From Eledone cirrhosa (Eukaryota): a stretch of 64,000 bases of DNA. The translations under genes were made by a program, and so were the position numbers. This document shows positions 50,075 through 64,000 of this stretch, one piece after another. Position 1 is the stretch's first letter; each line of letters starts with the position of its first letter. The stretch is taken from assembly GCA_964016885.1 (NCBI GenBank), contig OZ024743.1, forward strand, positions 223,820,001-223,884,000, read 5' to 3'. Below the pieces are notes generated by a model. It was not told the DNA's origin, ran no database searches, and saw only the letters and a list, made by a program, of their open reading frames with translations.

Positions 50075-51982
50075 ATGTTAAACGAAGCGAACGAAAACAG
50101 TGGTGGGGGGACAGCGGTAAGAGTTGTAAGCTCGCACACTTTAGTCCCCCCCCCCCTTCCTTCCCAACTAACGTCATAGAGAAGGAAGGAAAAAAACAAA
50201 ATAAAAACAGACGAATCTGCGGAGAAAAATGACGAAAACACAAATCTGGACATGGATTCCAACAACGAAAAAAAAAAATTTGAAAAATTGCATGACAATA
50301 TTAATACCACAAACAAAGACACAACAAACACAAAAATAACATTTGAAAACAACATAACAGAAAGCAAAGCAGACGACAGAGTCAACAAGATTTCATTTGC
50401 ACAAAAAACAAAGAAATCTTTGACATATATACCCGAAAATATTTCAGATGTGGCACGAAGAATCACAGACGCCAAACAATACATAAGTGAAGGAGAGAAT
50501 GGTATTTTATCGGTTAAAATGCCTCAAGAACTCACCAAAGACATTGAAAGTCGAACGGTCGTGTTCCGCACCATCAACAACACTTGAAAAAAACCTGAAT
50601 AGCCTTCTCAAGCAGATATCAAAACAGTACTCACAGAAGTACTTAATGAAACCACTTTCATAAGAAAAGACAGACTCTATGGAAGCCTAGCAATTATTAT
50701 GAAGAACGAATCGGCGGCAAAAAAATGTGCTTTGTCACCGATTCGTTCGAAAAATTTTACCTTTTATCCATCTTATATGGGTAAAAGAACTCAACGCATA
50801 TGGCTGGATGCAATGATGCCAGATGTGGACTACTGCTGGCTCATAGCTGGCTTCATCGATCCAGTGAATGACAACGTGATTTCCATTGGGAAAACCACAG
50901 GCAATGCGTTCAGTGGAACAGGTATAGAGCTGGTAGTGCAAATGAAGCCTGAACGCATCGCCCAAATACCCAACAGAATCCTATTAGAGGGCCACGGGTA
51001 TATAAATATTAGCGTGGAGGGGAGAAGGCCATCCTGTCATATCTGTGCAGGCAGAGGGCACCTGAAGACCGCTTGTCCCCAACTCAACAAAAAGAAAACC
51101 CTGCTACCAACACCAGCTCCACCACCACCACCACAACAGATAAACAAACAACAAAACTCAGTCCCACCCAACCCGTCCCTCAGTAAAACTACACCACCAC
51201 CACAACACAAACAATCACAACACATTACCCCAAAACAAAATACAGGCCCACCCAACCCCTCACTCAATAAAACAACACAACCACCGCAGACACAACACAC
51301 AACACAGTCTAACATAGTGACATCCATCTCCCCCACAAAGAAAACCAACACGGAAACATTACCAGCAAACATACCTCTTCCCTCCAACACTGAAGATAAC
51401 CCAACGAATTCGGAGGAAGAAACGGAGTCCTTCAGACAGATTAAAAGGAAAAAAAGAAAACATGTGCAAAACACACAAGGCCAAACAACCCCCACCCAAA
51501 TGTCAACACAATCCAACAAAACAGAAAACACCCCTCCAGCAACAAACAAAACCAAACCTGCCCCTCCCCTCTTCGAAACACTCACACCATCGGAAAAAAA
51601 GACATTACACTATACTTACATCAACAGAAACAATAATAAATTAAATGAACTCGTAAACAATAATCCTTCGGTACAAACCGAAGGTGTAAACTTTGTTTCT
51701 TCAGAAAACTACCCACATTTAAAATTAATAAAGATCCCAATGAACCTCTACCAAAAACTAAAAAAGGATTTTAAGAAGGACGTAGGACCACCCTCTGTCA
51801 AACCCATAAACCGCGTCCTACTAAAAAGCTTTCCCCCTCCCCTTCCCCTCCCCAATACAACTCCAAACACCCCAACCCCACCACACACTGACGACCCCAC
51901 ACCACCACAAGACACCCCTTCACCCAACACCCCCGACCCCATGGAAGTCGTGCAACCCGAACCCCGGGAAGCGGAAAGGTAG
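50075..51982 (+). pseudogene. ORF1 of copy E, disrupted
   Basis: MLNEANENSGGGTAVR start; CHICAGRGHLKTAC; stops near 50585-50601. Confidence 0.85.
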
Positions 51983-52015
51983 GTCTCTACACTCTCCTTT
52001 GGCTCTGCCGCCCAC

Positions 52016-55000
52016 ATGGATGTGTTAAGAGTAGGATGTTTGAATGCACGTGGCCTGGGCTCAACTTGGAAGCAAGCAAAGCTTCTAAATGACCTCAGGT
52101 CATGTAGTATAAATGTAATGGTTATCTGTGAGACTCGAATCAGCGTCGTGCGGCAACTGGCCCCCACCTTCGATGACTTTGAGGTGCATGCATCTCTCTG
52201 TCAACCTGGAGGTGGGGTGGGGTTGTCGTACTGCTGGAAAAACACATGGGTCTTGCCGTACAGGTTGTGCACTCGGACCCGGAGGGTCGTTTGTTGGTGC
52301 TAGACGTTGGCAGTAGTGAAAGTGCGGCCTTGAGACTGGTCGCCGTCTACTCCCCTTTCGGAGCTGAACGGCCCGACTTCTTCCAGCGTTTGGAGACTTT
52401 TCTGGGAACGTCGCGTTCCCTGCTTCTAGCGGGGGATTGGAATGACATCCTGGATGCACGTTGGGACTATGCAGGAGCATGTCCTAATAGAGGGGGTGTA
52501 ACAGCCTCAAGGGGTTACTCGACCGTTTTAACTTGGTCGATAGATATCGACTAGATTTTCCAACTGTGCCTACTTGGACTTGGAGAAACCACAGTGGTCA
52601 ATCTAGATCGTACTTAGATAGATTCTTAGTTAGAAGTAAGGATAGGGACATATTAAGCTGTCCAGAAATGCGCACGGTTGGCTACACGGATCACAAATTA
52701 GTGACCTGCGTGGTCAATCTCGAGAAAACACATAGACAGTGTCCCGGTTACTGGAAACTTAATTTGTCTTTACCGGCAAAAGAGACTTACAGAAACCGGA
52801 TTAGCAGATTAGTTAAGGAGAGGTTGACGGGTGCAATCGTCAACAACCGATGGTGGGCATCTCTCAAAAGATAGATTAGAACAGAATCAATAAGTTATAG
52901 CAAGATGTTAGCTGCCGATAGGAATAGAAACGAGAAAGAATTAACAGGTAAATTAGAAGAGGCAATCAAGAGCGAAGATGTGGCCAGAGTGCTGGCATCG
53001 AGGACGGCCTTGAACCAGTTTTTCGATGCAAAGCACGAAGGCTGCGTCATTCGAAGTAAAATACGTGCTCTAGGTAATGAGGGGGCCAAAGCCGTTGGCT
53101 GGGCCCGCGTGACAGAAGCTAAGAGTGGAAATCGATCCACCATCCGGTCGTTGCAAGACGAAGATGGACGGGTGATCCGGGAGCCTAAGCAGATGTGCGA
53201 GGCCTTTCAAAGGCACTTTGCCCGATTGTTCGGGGGAGGCGGGGGTCCGGGCGGGGGCGTGGATTTCGGTCCATACCTCGACGGCCTGCCGCGTCTCTCG
53301 AGCGAAGAGGCATATTCCTGCGAGGGACCAATCTCGGCTGATGAGATCGGAGATGCGCTGAGCCAATGCAGCAGACGCAAATCTCCAGGTCTCGATGGTA
53401 TACCTTACGAACTTTATTTAGCAATGCCGGTCTTCTTCTCCGAACTCCTCGAAGCGGTCTACTGCAATTGGCAGCAGAACGGGAGAATTCCTTGTTCTGT
53501 AGCCAAGGGCGTAGTCACGCTGGTGAGGAAGGACGAGAACAAGGGGGATAGTATAAATAATTTTCGGCCCATAACCCTGCTAAACACAGAGTTAAAGATT
53601 TTGGCCAAGGTGTTAGCAAAGAGGTTGGCGCTTGTCGTGGGTGGCCTGGTGGGAGATGCGCAGACATGTGCTATCCCATCCAGGTCCATTCACGATAACC
53701 TCCACCTCATGCGATACATCATAGAGAGGGTTGGTAACAAACCCGGCTTCGGTGGGGCCCTGATCAACTTGGATCAGTCTAAGGCCTTCGATAGGGTCGA
53801 CCATCACACGATCCATTCGACAGGGGTGCCCTCTCTCCTCCCTTCTGTACGTATTGACTCTCGAGCCTTTACTGAGGAAGTTGGAGTTGTTGCAGGGTAT
53901 CCCCCTGGAACCAGGATTGAGCAAAGCGGTGTCGGCCTACGCCGATGACGTAACAGTAATGGTATCGACCGACTCGGAGATCGAGGCGATCGGTACCTTA
54001 CTGGAGAAGTACGAAAGGTTGTCAGGAGCGAAACTGAACCGGGAAAAATCCATCGGGCTGCAACTCGGAACGTGGAGAGGCAGACCGATGCCTCCTGACG
54101 GTGTCGTCGGACACTGGACGGAGGGCCCGGTAAAGTTGCTTGGGGTCTGGTTTAGACCGGACCTCCAGGTGGAAAAGAACTGGAACGAGGTTACGAACAA
54201 GGTGTTTGCACTAACCCAGAAATGGGCCAAGTGTAAGCTGTCCCTAAAAGGCCGGGCGGAGGTGGCGAACATTTACATAGCGTCCGTCACTTACTACCGC
54301 CTGACTGTCGTGCCTTGCCCTAAGGAAACACTCACCACCATCAAACGCATGCTCTTCCAATTTCTTTGGAAGAAGCGCCCTCCTATGGTGAGAAGATCCA
54401 TCTGCTGCCAACAACCTTCGAAAGGAGGGCTGGGGATGCCGTGGTTGATGATGCGTAGGCACGCATTAAGACTACGGCACCTACAGGTATTCCTCACTGG
54501 TCAACCGGTGTGGGCTCCGTTCGTGAAACGAGCCTTTCCGAGACTCGTCTCGCTCACCGAGCTGCAGTCCTGGGTCAAGCAAAGATCCGGAAAACTGGGA
54601 GACTGGCACACTGAGTGTGCTCAGGCGCTCAGGGCTCTCTGGCAAGCGGGCCAGGCCATCGGTGGAGAATCCACCTCATCATTCTATAGAGGGCTGGTGG
54701 CTAGCAGGGGCGATGACACCCTTGGAGATTCGCTGGACATGGAAGAAGACGAACTGGCCAGCCTGTTCGGTAGGACTTTCGGCCCAGGACCAATGGACAA
54801 CTTCCAGAAGTCACTGGCCTGGCAGTGCTACCGGGGGGCTCTACCCGTTCGAGAGAGGCTCTACAGACACGGGCGCCCGGGCAGGGATCCCTCAAAAAAG
54901 ATTTGCCCTAGATGCGTGCGTCACGAAGAAACCGTTGCGCACGCATTGGTGCAATGTCCGGGCGTGGCTGATCTGTGGGGCTACACCAAACGACTGCTGT

Positions 55001-55317
55001 CGCTGGTGGCGCCGATTAAATTGACCGCCGAGTCCGTGACAATCAAACCGCCTCCCCTCTTCACAAAGGAAGCAAAGGCGGTTTTTCTGTGCGTAATAGC
55101 CATGTTGAAAGAGGTTGTTTGGTGGACACGATTGAAAGGTCTGAGGTCAGGCAACTTCCTCTCTGGCCATAGTCTGGTCTACTTCTTCCGATATCACTTC
55201 GGAAGAAGAATAAGAATGGAGAGAGAGGTGCTTGGCCACAGGCAGTTTTATGAAAGGTGGGTGATAGTGGCGAGAATGGCTCGTGTAAGTGGGCCTTCTC
55301 TGTATGCCATCCTGTAG
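52016..55317 (+). pseudogene. ORF2 of copy E, disrupted
   Basis: MDVLRVGCLNARGL start; frameshifts; TAG at 52872; deletion of about 131 bp in RT at about 53804 relative to B. Confidence 0.9.
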
Positions 55318-55574
55318 GTAAAGAAGTAAAGGAGAGGGGAGCACCTTCTCCATGTGCTCCCCGGGCAAAGGATTGCACACTTTTTCGGGGGTGTGTGCAA
55401 CCCCCATCACGTCCCCTCCCTTTTGAGGTTATTTTCGATTATTTTCATGTTACACCCTTTTTACTCGATTATATGTAAACTCCCCCTTTGTATTTGTCCC
55501 TTCTTTTTATGCCTTTATGGTAAATAAAGAAATATATCTATCTATCTATCTGTCAATCTATCTATCTATCTATC

Positions 55575-55634
<60 letters not shown>

Positions 55635-55635
55635 C

Positions 55636-55862
55636 TAAGGCGGGTAAAATTCCCGAGATCCATGGACGAGTTCTCTCCAGCAGTCTCTGTCCCTCATTAT
55701 CGCTGCCATGTCCTGCGTCTCCAACAGACCAGTGTCTGTCCTTAGGGCATCAACATACGTTAACCTTGGTCTTCCTCTTCTAGTGTGTCCATGTAGGGGC
55801 TCCCAAAGGAGCACTGAGTGCAATGTCAACTCTGGATGTCGGTGAGCATGTCCAGCTAACCT
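55636..55862 (-). mobile_element. RTE-clade LINE 3' end
   Basis: RLAGH..RHPE...LLWEPLHGHTRRGRPRLTYVD...MRDRDCWR, a typical RTE C-terminus. Confidence 0.75.
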
Positions 55863-56274
55863 CAGTTAGTATAAAACATGTATAAAGTATGTATAAAACA
55901 TATCACTGAAACGAATAACATCAAAGTATTTCTCACACATTCATATAATTAATCCTATCTCTTATACAAATAAATCCACAGAGATACACACCGAAATACA
56001 CTTGCAAATACGCACAAAACACACAGCGACGATTAGAAAACGTGATCGTTATAGTATTTAACCCGGAGGGTCGACTGTTGTAAAACATAAAAATACTGAA
56101 TTGCAGAAAACAATAAGTTGTTTAAAATGCATATTAATGCAATCGGTCTTCTGTATTCAATGAGGTGTGTGATACTTAATGAGACTATAATAATGGACAG
56201 TTACAAATATTATCAGGGGACAGACATGGATATCCACGCCAGTGCACACACATGTATGCACCCACAGGCACACT

Positions 56275-56410
<136 letters not shown>

Positions 56411-57024
56411 TGTGTGTGTGTGTGTGAATGTGTGCGCGCGTGCAAATACACAAAGTCTTTTAGTTTTGCCTTTATTTTTTATTCACTGCGCAATCACTCA
56501 CACATTTGTATACGCACAAGATGGCTGACTATTTGTGTTTGAGGAAGACCATCACTGACTATTAAAAAGACTCGTGTTTTCAACAGTGGTGACAGAACTA
56601 TAAATAACAAATTTGAGTTAAAATTTGAAGATAAATTTCGAAAGTGTTTCTGTTAATTTAAAAGTGCATTGTTCTGAACACAATTTTGAGATCTATCTTC
56701 TTGTTTGAAGATTATTATTGGGTTGAAGAAAGATGTGGTCAATGGATTTGGGAGCTATTCGTTCTAGAAGGGAACTGACCCAATTTCTACAGTTTTCGGA
56801 GTAGTAATGTAGTTTAATAGCCGGTTTGAAGTGTGTTTTGAATTAATCCAGTAAAAGAAATATCATTTTGAGGCATGGCAGTATGGAACTGAAGAGAAGA
56901 GTGTAGTTCACAACGGCAAAACAAGTAAAGAAGTGTACAGCCCATGTTTTGCTCAACGTTTTTGCTGATAACTTATTTGATGATTTATTATAAAGAACTT
57001 GGGTAATAACCGAAATAATACGAT

Positions 57025-57431
57025 CGCGAATACAAGCGGCCGAAATGAGGTTCCTCCGAATGGTCTTTGGAGTAACGTTACTCGATAGAGTTCGTAGCTC
57101 GGACATCAGAGAGTAACTCCATGTGGAGCCGCTACTTCTCCGAATTGAGAGATCACAGCTCCGATACTATAGGTATGTGGTTAGAATGTCTCAGGAAAGA
57201 ATCGCTGGACAGATTTTACATGCAAAACCAACCGGCAGGATACCCAGGCAAGATGTTTGGATAACATCCATGAGCTTGACTGGTCTCGCTTGGGGATCAA
57301 GCCGGAACAGTTGGAGTCTGTTGCTTCTAACAGGACCCGCTGGAAGGAGTGTTTGAGAATTTTTCCCCCACGACCCTCTCAAGAAGAAGAAGAAGAAGAA
57401 GAAGAAGAAGAAGAAGAAGAAGAAGAAGAAG
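57025..57431 (+). mobile_element. RTE-like LINE 3' end with (GAA)n tail
   Basis: RIQAAEMRFLR...GVTLLDRVRSSDIRE...IERSQLR...RMSQER; (GAA)n at 57382-57431. Confidence 0.75.
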
Positions 57432-58769
57432 ACTTGTTCTCTTTGTTGTTGTTGGAGACACTGGCAGCTTTGTTAAATTTCTATTATTGGTGGTGCAGTT
57501 ACTGGTGATTGTTAATGATGAAAAATAAAGTTTATACAATATCATACCAAAATAATTGTTTCTACTTTTGGCACAAGGCCATCAAATACCCAGTACATTA
57601 CTGGTACTTTATTTTATCGACCCCGTATTTATCATACCAACATAATGCTGTGTAATAAGTTTATATTTGCTTTGAGGTCACATCTGGCTTATGACAATAA
57701 TCCATGCAAGTTAAAAACAAATGAGGTGAAGTGGAAATATGCTGAGATTAAGAGGTAAATCTAGAAGGACACGAGGGGGTCGGGCAGGATTATTGAAGAT
57801 ATTCAGTTCAACATATGACAGTCATGTGTGGGGAGGGAAACGGTGACCTGCCTATTCACATTTGAAGCTAAGAAACCAAACACAAATAAAGATTACTGCT
57901 GAAATCTTTTTCTCTTATTCTTTCTTTCTTCAATCCATCATCTTATAATGTATATTATTATATACATATATGCATGCATACATTACATACATTCATATAT
58001 ACATACATATATACACACGCGCACACACACAATCACGTGGACATATATACATGTAATAATATATTTATAATTATATATATGTGTGTGTGCACGTGTGTGT
58101 GTGTGTGAGAGAGAGAGATAGAGAGAGAGGGGGGGGAGGGGGAGAGAGAGAGAGAGGGGGAGAGAGAGAGAAATTACCAAAGACAGATGATATATTCATG
58201 TATTGATTTTCTTTCACACAGTTAAAGACCTCGGGTTGATCAGGGAGAAGAAATGTGATATTTGCAATAAACATTTACGTCAGAAAAGACAAAATTGACT
58301 TTTCAACTCACTTTCACGGATATATGTTTGTGATATATATATATATGAGTATGGGGTTAACCGAACAGAGATGCGCAGACCACATTATGGTCTGTCGGTT
58401 GCTTTATTTTATCGACCCCGTAAGGATGAAAGGCAAAGTTAACCTTTGCGGGATTTGAACTCAGACCGTAAAAGAGCAAACGAAGACAATATGCTCAGCT
58501 TTATGTTGTAACAGCGCCCAGGCAACAGCGTGCTCAAGAAGAAAACATTGATATGCCAAGCGTCAACTTAGTATTCAATAGAGATCGTAAAACCGACAGA
58601 AGGAGATACAATTTGCCAACAGTTAATTGCTATTGTATTCAGAAACGAAGAAGGCGAACTACCATTTCGTAGAGATTTCAAAGTATATCCAAGGAACTCT
58701 GAGGCTCCTACTATAAATCTCAACATCTTTAGCCAAAATCTTGATCCAATGACGTACGTATTGTTTTTC

Positions 58770-59015
58770 CACACACAACACACAAAAACAAGATGGTGTA
58801 AGACAGAACAAAAGAGAGACACACAAAATAAAAACATAGTCACTGAGGAGGTCACAGAATGTGTGACGAAAGAGCTTTTAGAATATATAAACAACCTACC
58901 GGTTATCGAACCAACCAACCAACCAACCAACCAACCGTAAATTTATAATAAAGTGAAGTGAAAACAAACAGATGCTTGTGTTTTTATTGGCAACATGACC
59001 CTTCCAAAGTATAGC

Positions 59016-59053
<38 letters not shown>

Positions 59054-59264
59054 TGTTTTGCAAGGTTCTTGATATGAAATCATGTGTTGAAACAAATATT
59101 GTTATATTTGGGGAGGGTCATATTGTTATAATATTGTCAGAAATAATAATAGAACACACTGTTTGGTTTGGGTTGGTTTTCACTTCTGTATCTTTTATAT
59201 CTCCATAGTTAATTCATCTGGCAATCAATGTTTATTGTTGATTGACCAACGGTTAAAAATACAG

Positions 59265-59295
<31 letters not shown>

Positions 59296-59434
59296 CTATC
59301 AAAGTTCTTTCGTCACACATCTGTGACATCATCAGTGGTACTATTACGTTTCCTCCCTTTGTATTGTAATGTTAATTTAATTTATTAATTTATTTATTCT
59401 TGACTATGTCTCTGTTATGACCCTCTCCAAATAT

Positions 59435-59440
<6 letters not shown>
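58770..59440. mobile_element. Cluster of PLE pLTR fragments in alternating orientation across (TA)n, related to 35388-35790
   Basis: 58770-59015 is the reverse complement homolog of 35450-35740. 59053-59125 matches 35403-35472 in the same orientation. Hammerhead motifs at 58839-58877 (+, CTGAGGA) and about 59300-59338 (-, CTGATGA). Confidence 0.75.
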
Positions 59441-59503
<63 letters not shown>

Positions 59504-60529
59504 TATGTATACGTACGTGATGAGAAATGAAATTTCGTTTCATTTTTTCCGTTTATATATATATATATGAAGGACTTCCGCACAGTTTCTGTTTACTAAA
59601 TTTAATCCCCATGTTATTGGTCAACCCAAAGTTATAATATATAAAAGGCAGGGTGAGAAGTGGGATGGAAATATATGGTTTAGAAACAAACGTCTTAACC
59701 ACACAGCCATGCCTGCTCTATCCTAATTCGTGTTTCTTCTCTTCCATATATTTACTCTTGTTTGTTTTATTTTGTGTGTTTATGTTGTTGTTTTTTGTCT
59801 TCGATTTTAACTCGTTCTTAATTTGCATTTTTTCTGTGATGGAATTTGTTATTTATTAAAAAAATGAAATAAATAACAGTTAATTTTAAAATAAAGACTG
59901 TGGTGAGGAAGCGAAGAGGAATAAGAATGGCAAACGAACACATTAATATGAAATCATAAATATCTGTACTGCCATTTTAAGTTAGTAAATTGGTTAAACA
60001 AAATACAACCGAGGATTCCAAACACCCGATAATTCATATTATGTATCTGCTAATATAATAAATGTTGCCACAGGTTCAGTCGGTATTGTTGGTGTATGTG
60101 AATGTTGAATGCAAGACTAAAAAAATGAACATATTAAACCTGGAGTCATAAATTTCCTTTTTGCTGCCATTTTAAGTTTGTAGCTTGATTAAACAAAGAC
60201 AAATACAGCCTGGCATTCCAAACATCCAATAATTTATATCTGCATGCCACAATTTTATGTGGAAATGTTGCTCTAGACGAATGTGGAATACGTAGACAGT
60301 TGTCTTCAGCAAACACAAGTGCTACACAATACATTTAAGAATATACATCATGTTTTTAAGGAAAAATAGATAAAGAGAGGGAGATAAATAGGGGGAAACA
60401 GATAGATAGAGATAAATAGAGAGAAATAGAGTGAATGAGAGAGAGAGCTAAACTCACATTCATACAAACACATTGTTATACATACATCTACATATGCTTA
60501 TATATGTGTATACATACATACATACATAC

Positions 60530-61138
60530 ATGGTGGCTGCCAACTCGTTTTCGAGTACGGCCACTACTTTATATCCATGTAGGAGAACCCCTACCAATGG
60601 GCTGAACGAGTGTGACTTTTTAGTCCCGCCAGCGACTTGAAAACTCTGGTACAAACACTACACTTGTGACAATTATTGACACATAGTGCTGGGCCCATGG
60701 TACCATGTGACGACAAGTGCAGAGAGATCTCCAGATACAAAGCAATGCTTGTGCTGTGAAGCTTTTATAGTGAGCACTGCACAAAGCCAGTCCCCTCTCT
60801 TAACCAAGATGATATTTACCAAAAAGAAGAACAAGTCAACATCATTGGATACCATCAGGGTTGCAGGTGTTATATCAGAGTTTTCCTTCTCCTAAAATTC
60901 TGCCTTGACAAAGCCTAAGGGGTCATCTCTCCCGGTGATTTTGGATGGCCATTGACTCTTAAGAGCTCCTTTTCCCTTTGACAGGTTTTGTTTTTAGTCC
61001 TACAGGATGTCCAAAGTCACCCTCCTCACCAAGAAACCTTGGTGGGGTTGCCAGTTTAGTCGCCAACGACCCGACCATGAGACAGGTTGTACTGGGATAC
61101 ATGTTACCAGTAGCACCAACTGGTGACCTGACATAGCT
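60530..61138 (-). mobile_element. Bipartite RTE-derived non-autonomous element of about 610 bp in (TACA)n
   Basis: The 3' part encodes CSVCTRVFKSLAGLKSHTRSAHW*, an RTE-type C-terminal zinc motif, followed by a short UTR and an (ATGT)n tail. The 5' part is UTR-like and there is no RT. Confidence 0.6.
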
Positions 61139-61224
61139 ACATACATAATACATACATACATACATACATACATACATACATACATACATACATACATACA
61201 TACATACATACATACATACATACA
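61139..61224. repeat. (TACA)n microsatellite
   Basis: Directly visible. Confidence 0.95.
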
Positions 61225-64000
61225 TACTGTCAACGCTATCAGTCGCATATTTTGGCGTGGGAGACTATTAAATTTAAGATGAATACTATCTCCGACAGTA
61301 ATGCCACAACTACAGTCATGTTGAATAACTGGTTTTTCTTCTAACTATATCTTCTGAAGACACCTTTCATTCGAATTCGTAGAAATATCCGACTAATACA
61401 TAATTCATTTTACAAGGATTTGCTACAAACAGCATGGCTGAACACAACATCAACACACAATTAAGGAAGTATCGAAGACAACCAACAAGACAGCTAAACA
61501 AGCTTTATTCAGTTGTAGCTACAGAAGAGACCGAAATTATAAATCGCATTTCTCTTGGTATTGCGAACTTAATAATGATATATTTAATTGTTATAAAATG
61601 GCAAAAACAATCCCTCCATTGGCTATATGAACAGAATGAAGCTACACTGAGGCGAAATGCACCCAGAGATAAATTATTTCACAGCGAAACAATTACGCCA
61701 ACAAGCGACGTTTGTTGAACGTAAAAATAAGATAAATAGTATTAATTGTAAGTCCCCCACAACAAACATGGGATCAACAACACGTACTACAGGTCGCCAT
61801 GCTACTAGACTTCCTAGAAGCATGGTCGAACAGCGCCTTGAAACAACTATGCATGTAAGAAACTTGACACCACCTGTACCATCTAAGTCTACCTCGAATG
61901 CTGGGGAAAACACTATCGATAATAATAATAATCGAAGAAATAATAATAATAATCAAAGAAATTTGACACCACATGTACCATCCGAGTCTACCTCGACTGT
62001 CGTGGAAAATACTATCGATAATGATAATAATCAAAAGTATAAACAATTGAAAATTTCCCCCAACGAAATCTTCCAGAGAGAAATTAATTCATGTATAAAT
62101 ATTTCCCTTGCTGAACGTATTAAAACGACAATGTTTAATAAAAAAAACAAATAATGAAATATTACGTGTTATTGACGAAATAGGGGATGAATATTTACGA
62201 CCGATAAAAACCCCAACATTTTGGCAAATCAACAATGATTTGTTTATATGCCTTAGCAACGACAGTGAAGCATTATCTTGGTGACAGCAGACATATTAAC
62301 AAGAACAAAACACCACCAAAAATACCATCATATATAACTAAAATAGAAAAAAAGATTGCTGACCTACGAAAAACCATAGGATATGTGACAATGCTCCTTA
62401 CATGCAAACAAACACAAAAAAACCTCACTCCTCACCAACAAAGAGTGAAAAATAAAATAGAGACGATGTTTGCTAACAGAAGAACCAGAACTCTTCAATA
62501 TAAGCTGATCACCCTCAAACAAGAATTGAGAGCTGTTAGCGAAAAACGCCGATACCTGAAGAAGATAGATGAGAGAAAAGTGCTTAATAAAAGATTCAGA
62601 CGAAACCAAACATCAGTCTATAGAGATATGAAGAACAAAATAGGCCCCATCCCAGAAAGACATAGATTCCTTTTGGAGCAAAATATGGCGTGAAAAGAAG
62701 AATTTCAACCAAGATGCAGTGTGGCTAAGAGAAATCCGAAAGAACACTACAACAAAAACATACGAAATAAGTGAGGGTACCCTTGAGACTGTGATAGGAA
62801 AACTCCAAAATAAGAAAACACCAGGAAGAGACATGATTGTCGGCTACTGGTACAAAAAACTGATATTCTGTCGGAGGTATCTTACTGACCTCTACCAACA
62901 AGTTCTTATACCAGAATAGTTGACATTAGCACAAACATTACTGGTCCCCAAGAACAAAGACACCCACTTTGCAAAAAACTACCGACCCATTGCATGCCAG
63001 AACTTGATGTATAAGATGTATACAGCCTGCCTGAACCTATTCCTCCAAGATCACTGTGAAAATAATAATATCATCACAGATGAACAAGCAGCTGGAAAGA
63101 AAGGAGTTTGGGGATGTGCTGAACAACTCCTAATCAACAAAACTGCGATGTCGGAGGTGCGACAACTTAGGAGGAATATGGCTACAGTCTGGCTGGACTA
63201 CAGGAAAGCTTTCGATTCTGTTCCCCACTCTTGGATGATAGAGGCCCTCCAAATTGCTAAAGTCCCAGACATTATTGTCAGAGCCATAGAGTCGCTGTTT
63301 TCTTCTTGGTCTTCTATCCTAAGGTTAAAGAAAGAGAGGGAGGACTCTATTTTCACTGATAAAATAAAATATTGCAGGGGTATATTTCAGGGGGACAGTC
63401 TCTCTGTGATATTCTTCATCTTGTCATTAAACCCCTTGTTCTTTCTGCTCAGGAAATGTGAGGGATACATCATTGGCTGACAGGAGGACAGAAATACGAA
63501 CCCAACCCATAATTTCTTTGTGGACGATCTGAAACTCTATGCCAAGAACATGGATGGGATGAAGAAAAATCTTGACCTGGTTACAACGTTCTCAAAGGAT
63601 ATAGGAATGGAGTTTGGCCAAGATAAATGCTCATACATGACTGTAAAGCGGGGAAAAACAACAGCCCAATCTAGCAACATTGTCATCAATGTCCTAACTG
63701 TTTCACCGATATCTGATGAGGACTGCTACAGGTACCTGGGGATAGATGAGAACATATCCTATAATGGTATCTGTAATAAAGAACGCGTAACCGGGGAATA
63801 CTACACCCGATTAAGAAAGATCTGGTCATCGGAACTCTCTGCACAAAACAAAACAGTGGCTCACAATGTGTTTGCTGTGCCTGTCCTAACACCAACGTTT
63901 GGAATACTCAATTGGACGAGAGACGAAATCCGAGCAGTTGATGTTGGAACTCGAAAAATACTAAGCAACACCGGAAACTTCCACATGAACAGTGACATAG
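61225..64000 (+). mobile_element. R4/Dong-like RLE retrotransposon, second copy, runs off the window end
   Basis: Homologous to 5461-7770 from the same 5' end; RT motifs KTPGRD, NYRPIAC, DYRKAFD, QGDSLS, FVDD; disrupted by stops and frameshifts. Confidence 0.88.

Larger units (their letters stand above)
49832..55532 (+). mobile_element. L1/Tx1-type LINE copy E, full-length, same subfamily as B, defective
   Basis: Highly similar to 23733-29410; (TATC)n on both sides. Confidence 0.92.

Overview
AT-rich, microsatellite-saturated eukaryotic DNA with no host protein-coding gene that I can support. The repeat content suggests an animal, probably a cephalopod such as Octopus; this is inference. Nearly all structured sequence is transposable element, and each element type sits in its own microsatellite. 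(1) Five L1/Tx1-type LINEs from about four subfamilies all end at (TATC)n in the same orientation. Three of them form a head-to-tail array of about 13.5 kb (21826-35280). (2) Two copies of an R4/Dong-like restriction-like-endonuclease retrotransposon, plus a fragment of a related family, all follow (TACA)n. (3) Many Penelope-like (PLE) fragments and non-coding fold-back elements lie in (TA)n. They carry type I hammerhead ribozyme motifs, several with a recurring CCGANGA core instead of CUGANGA. Also present: a young non-coding LTR element, a non-autonomous Helitron, RTE fragments including a bipartite RTE-derived element, tRNA-derived SINEs, and a 31-bp minisatellite with higher-order structure. 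All large ORFs are disrupted retroelement ORFs. Everything was read by eye: boundaries are approximate to a few bases, and clade names are motif-based, not from a database search.
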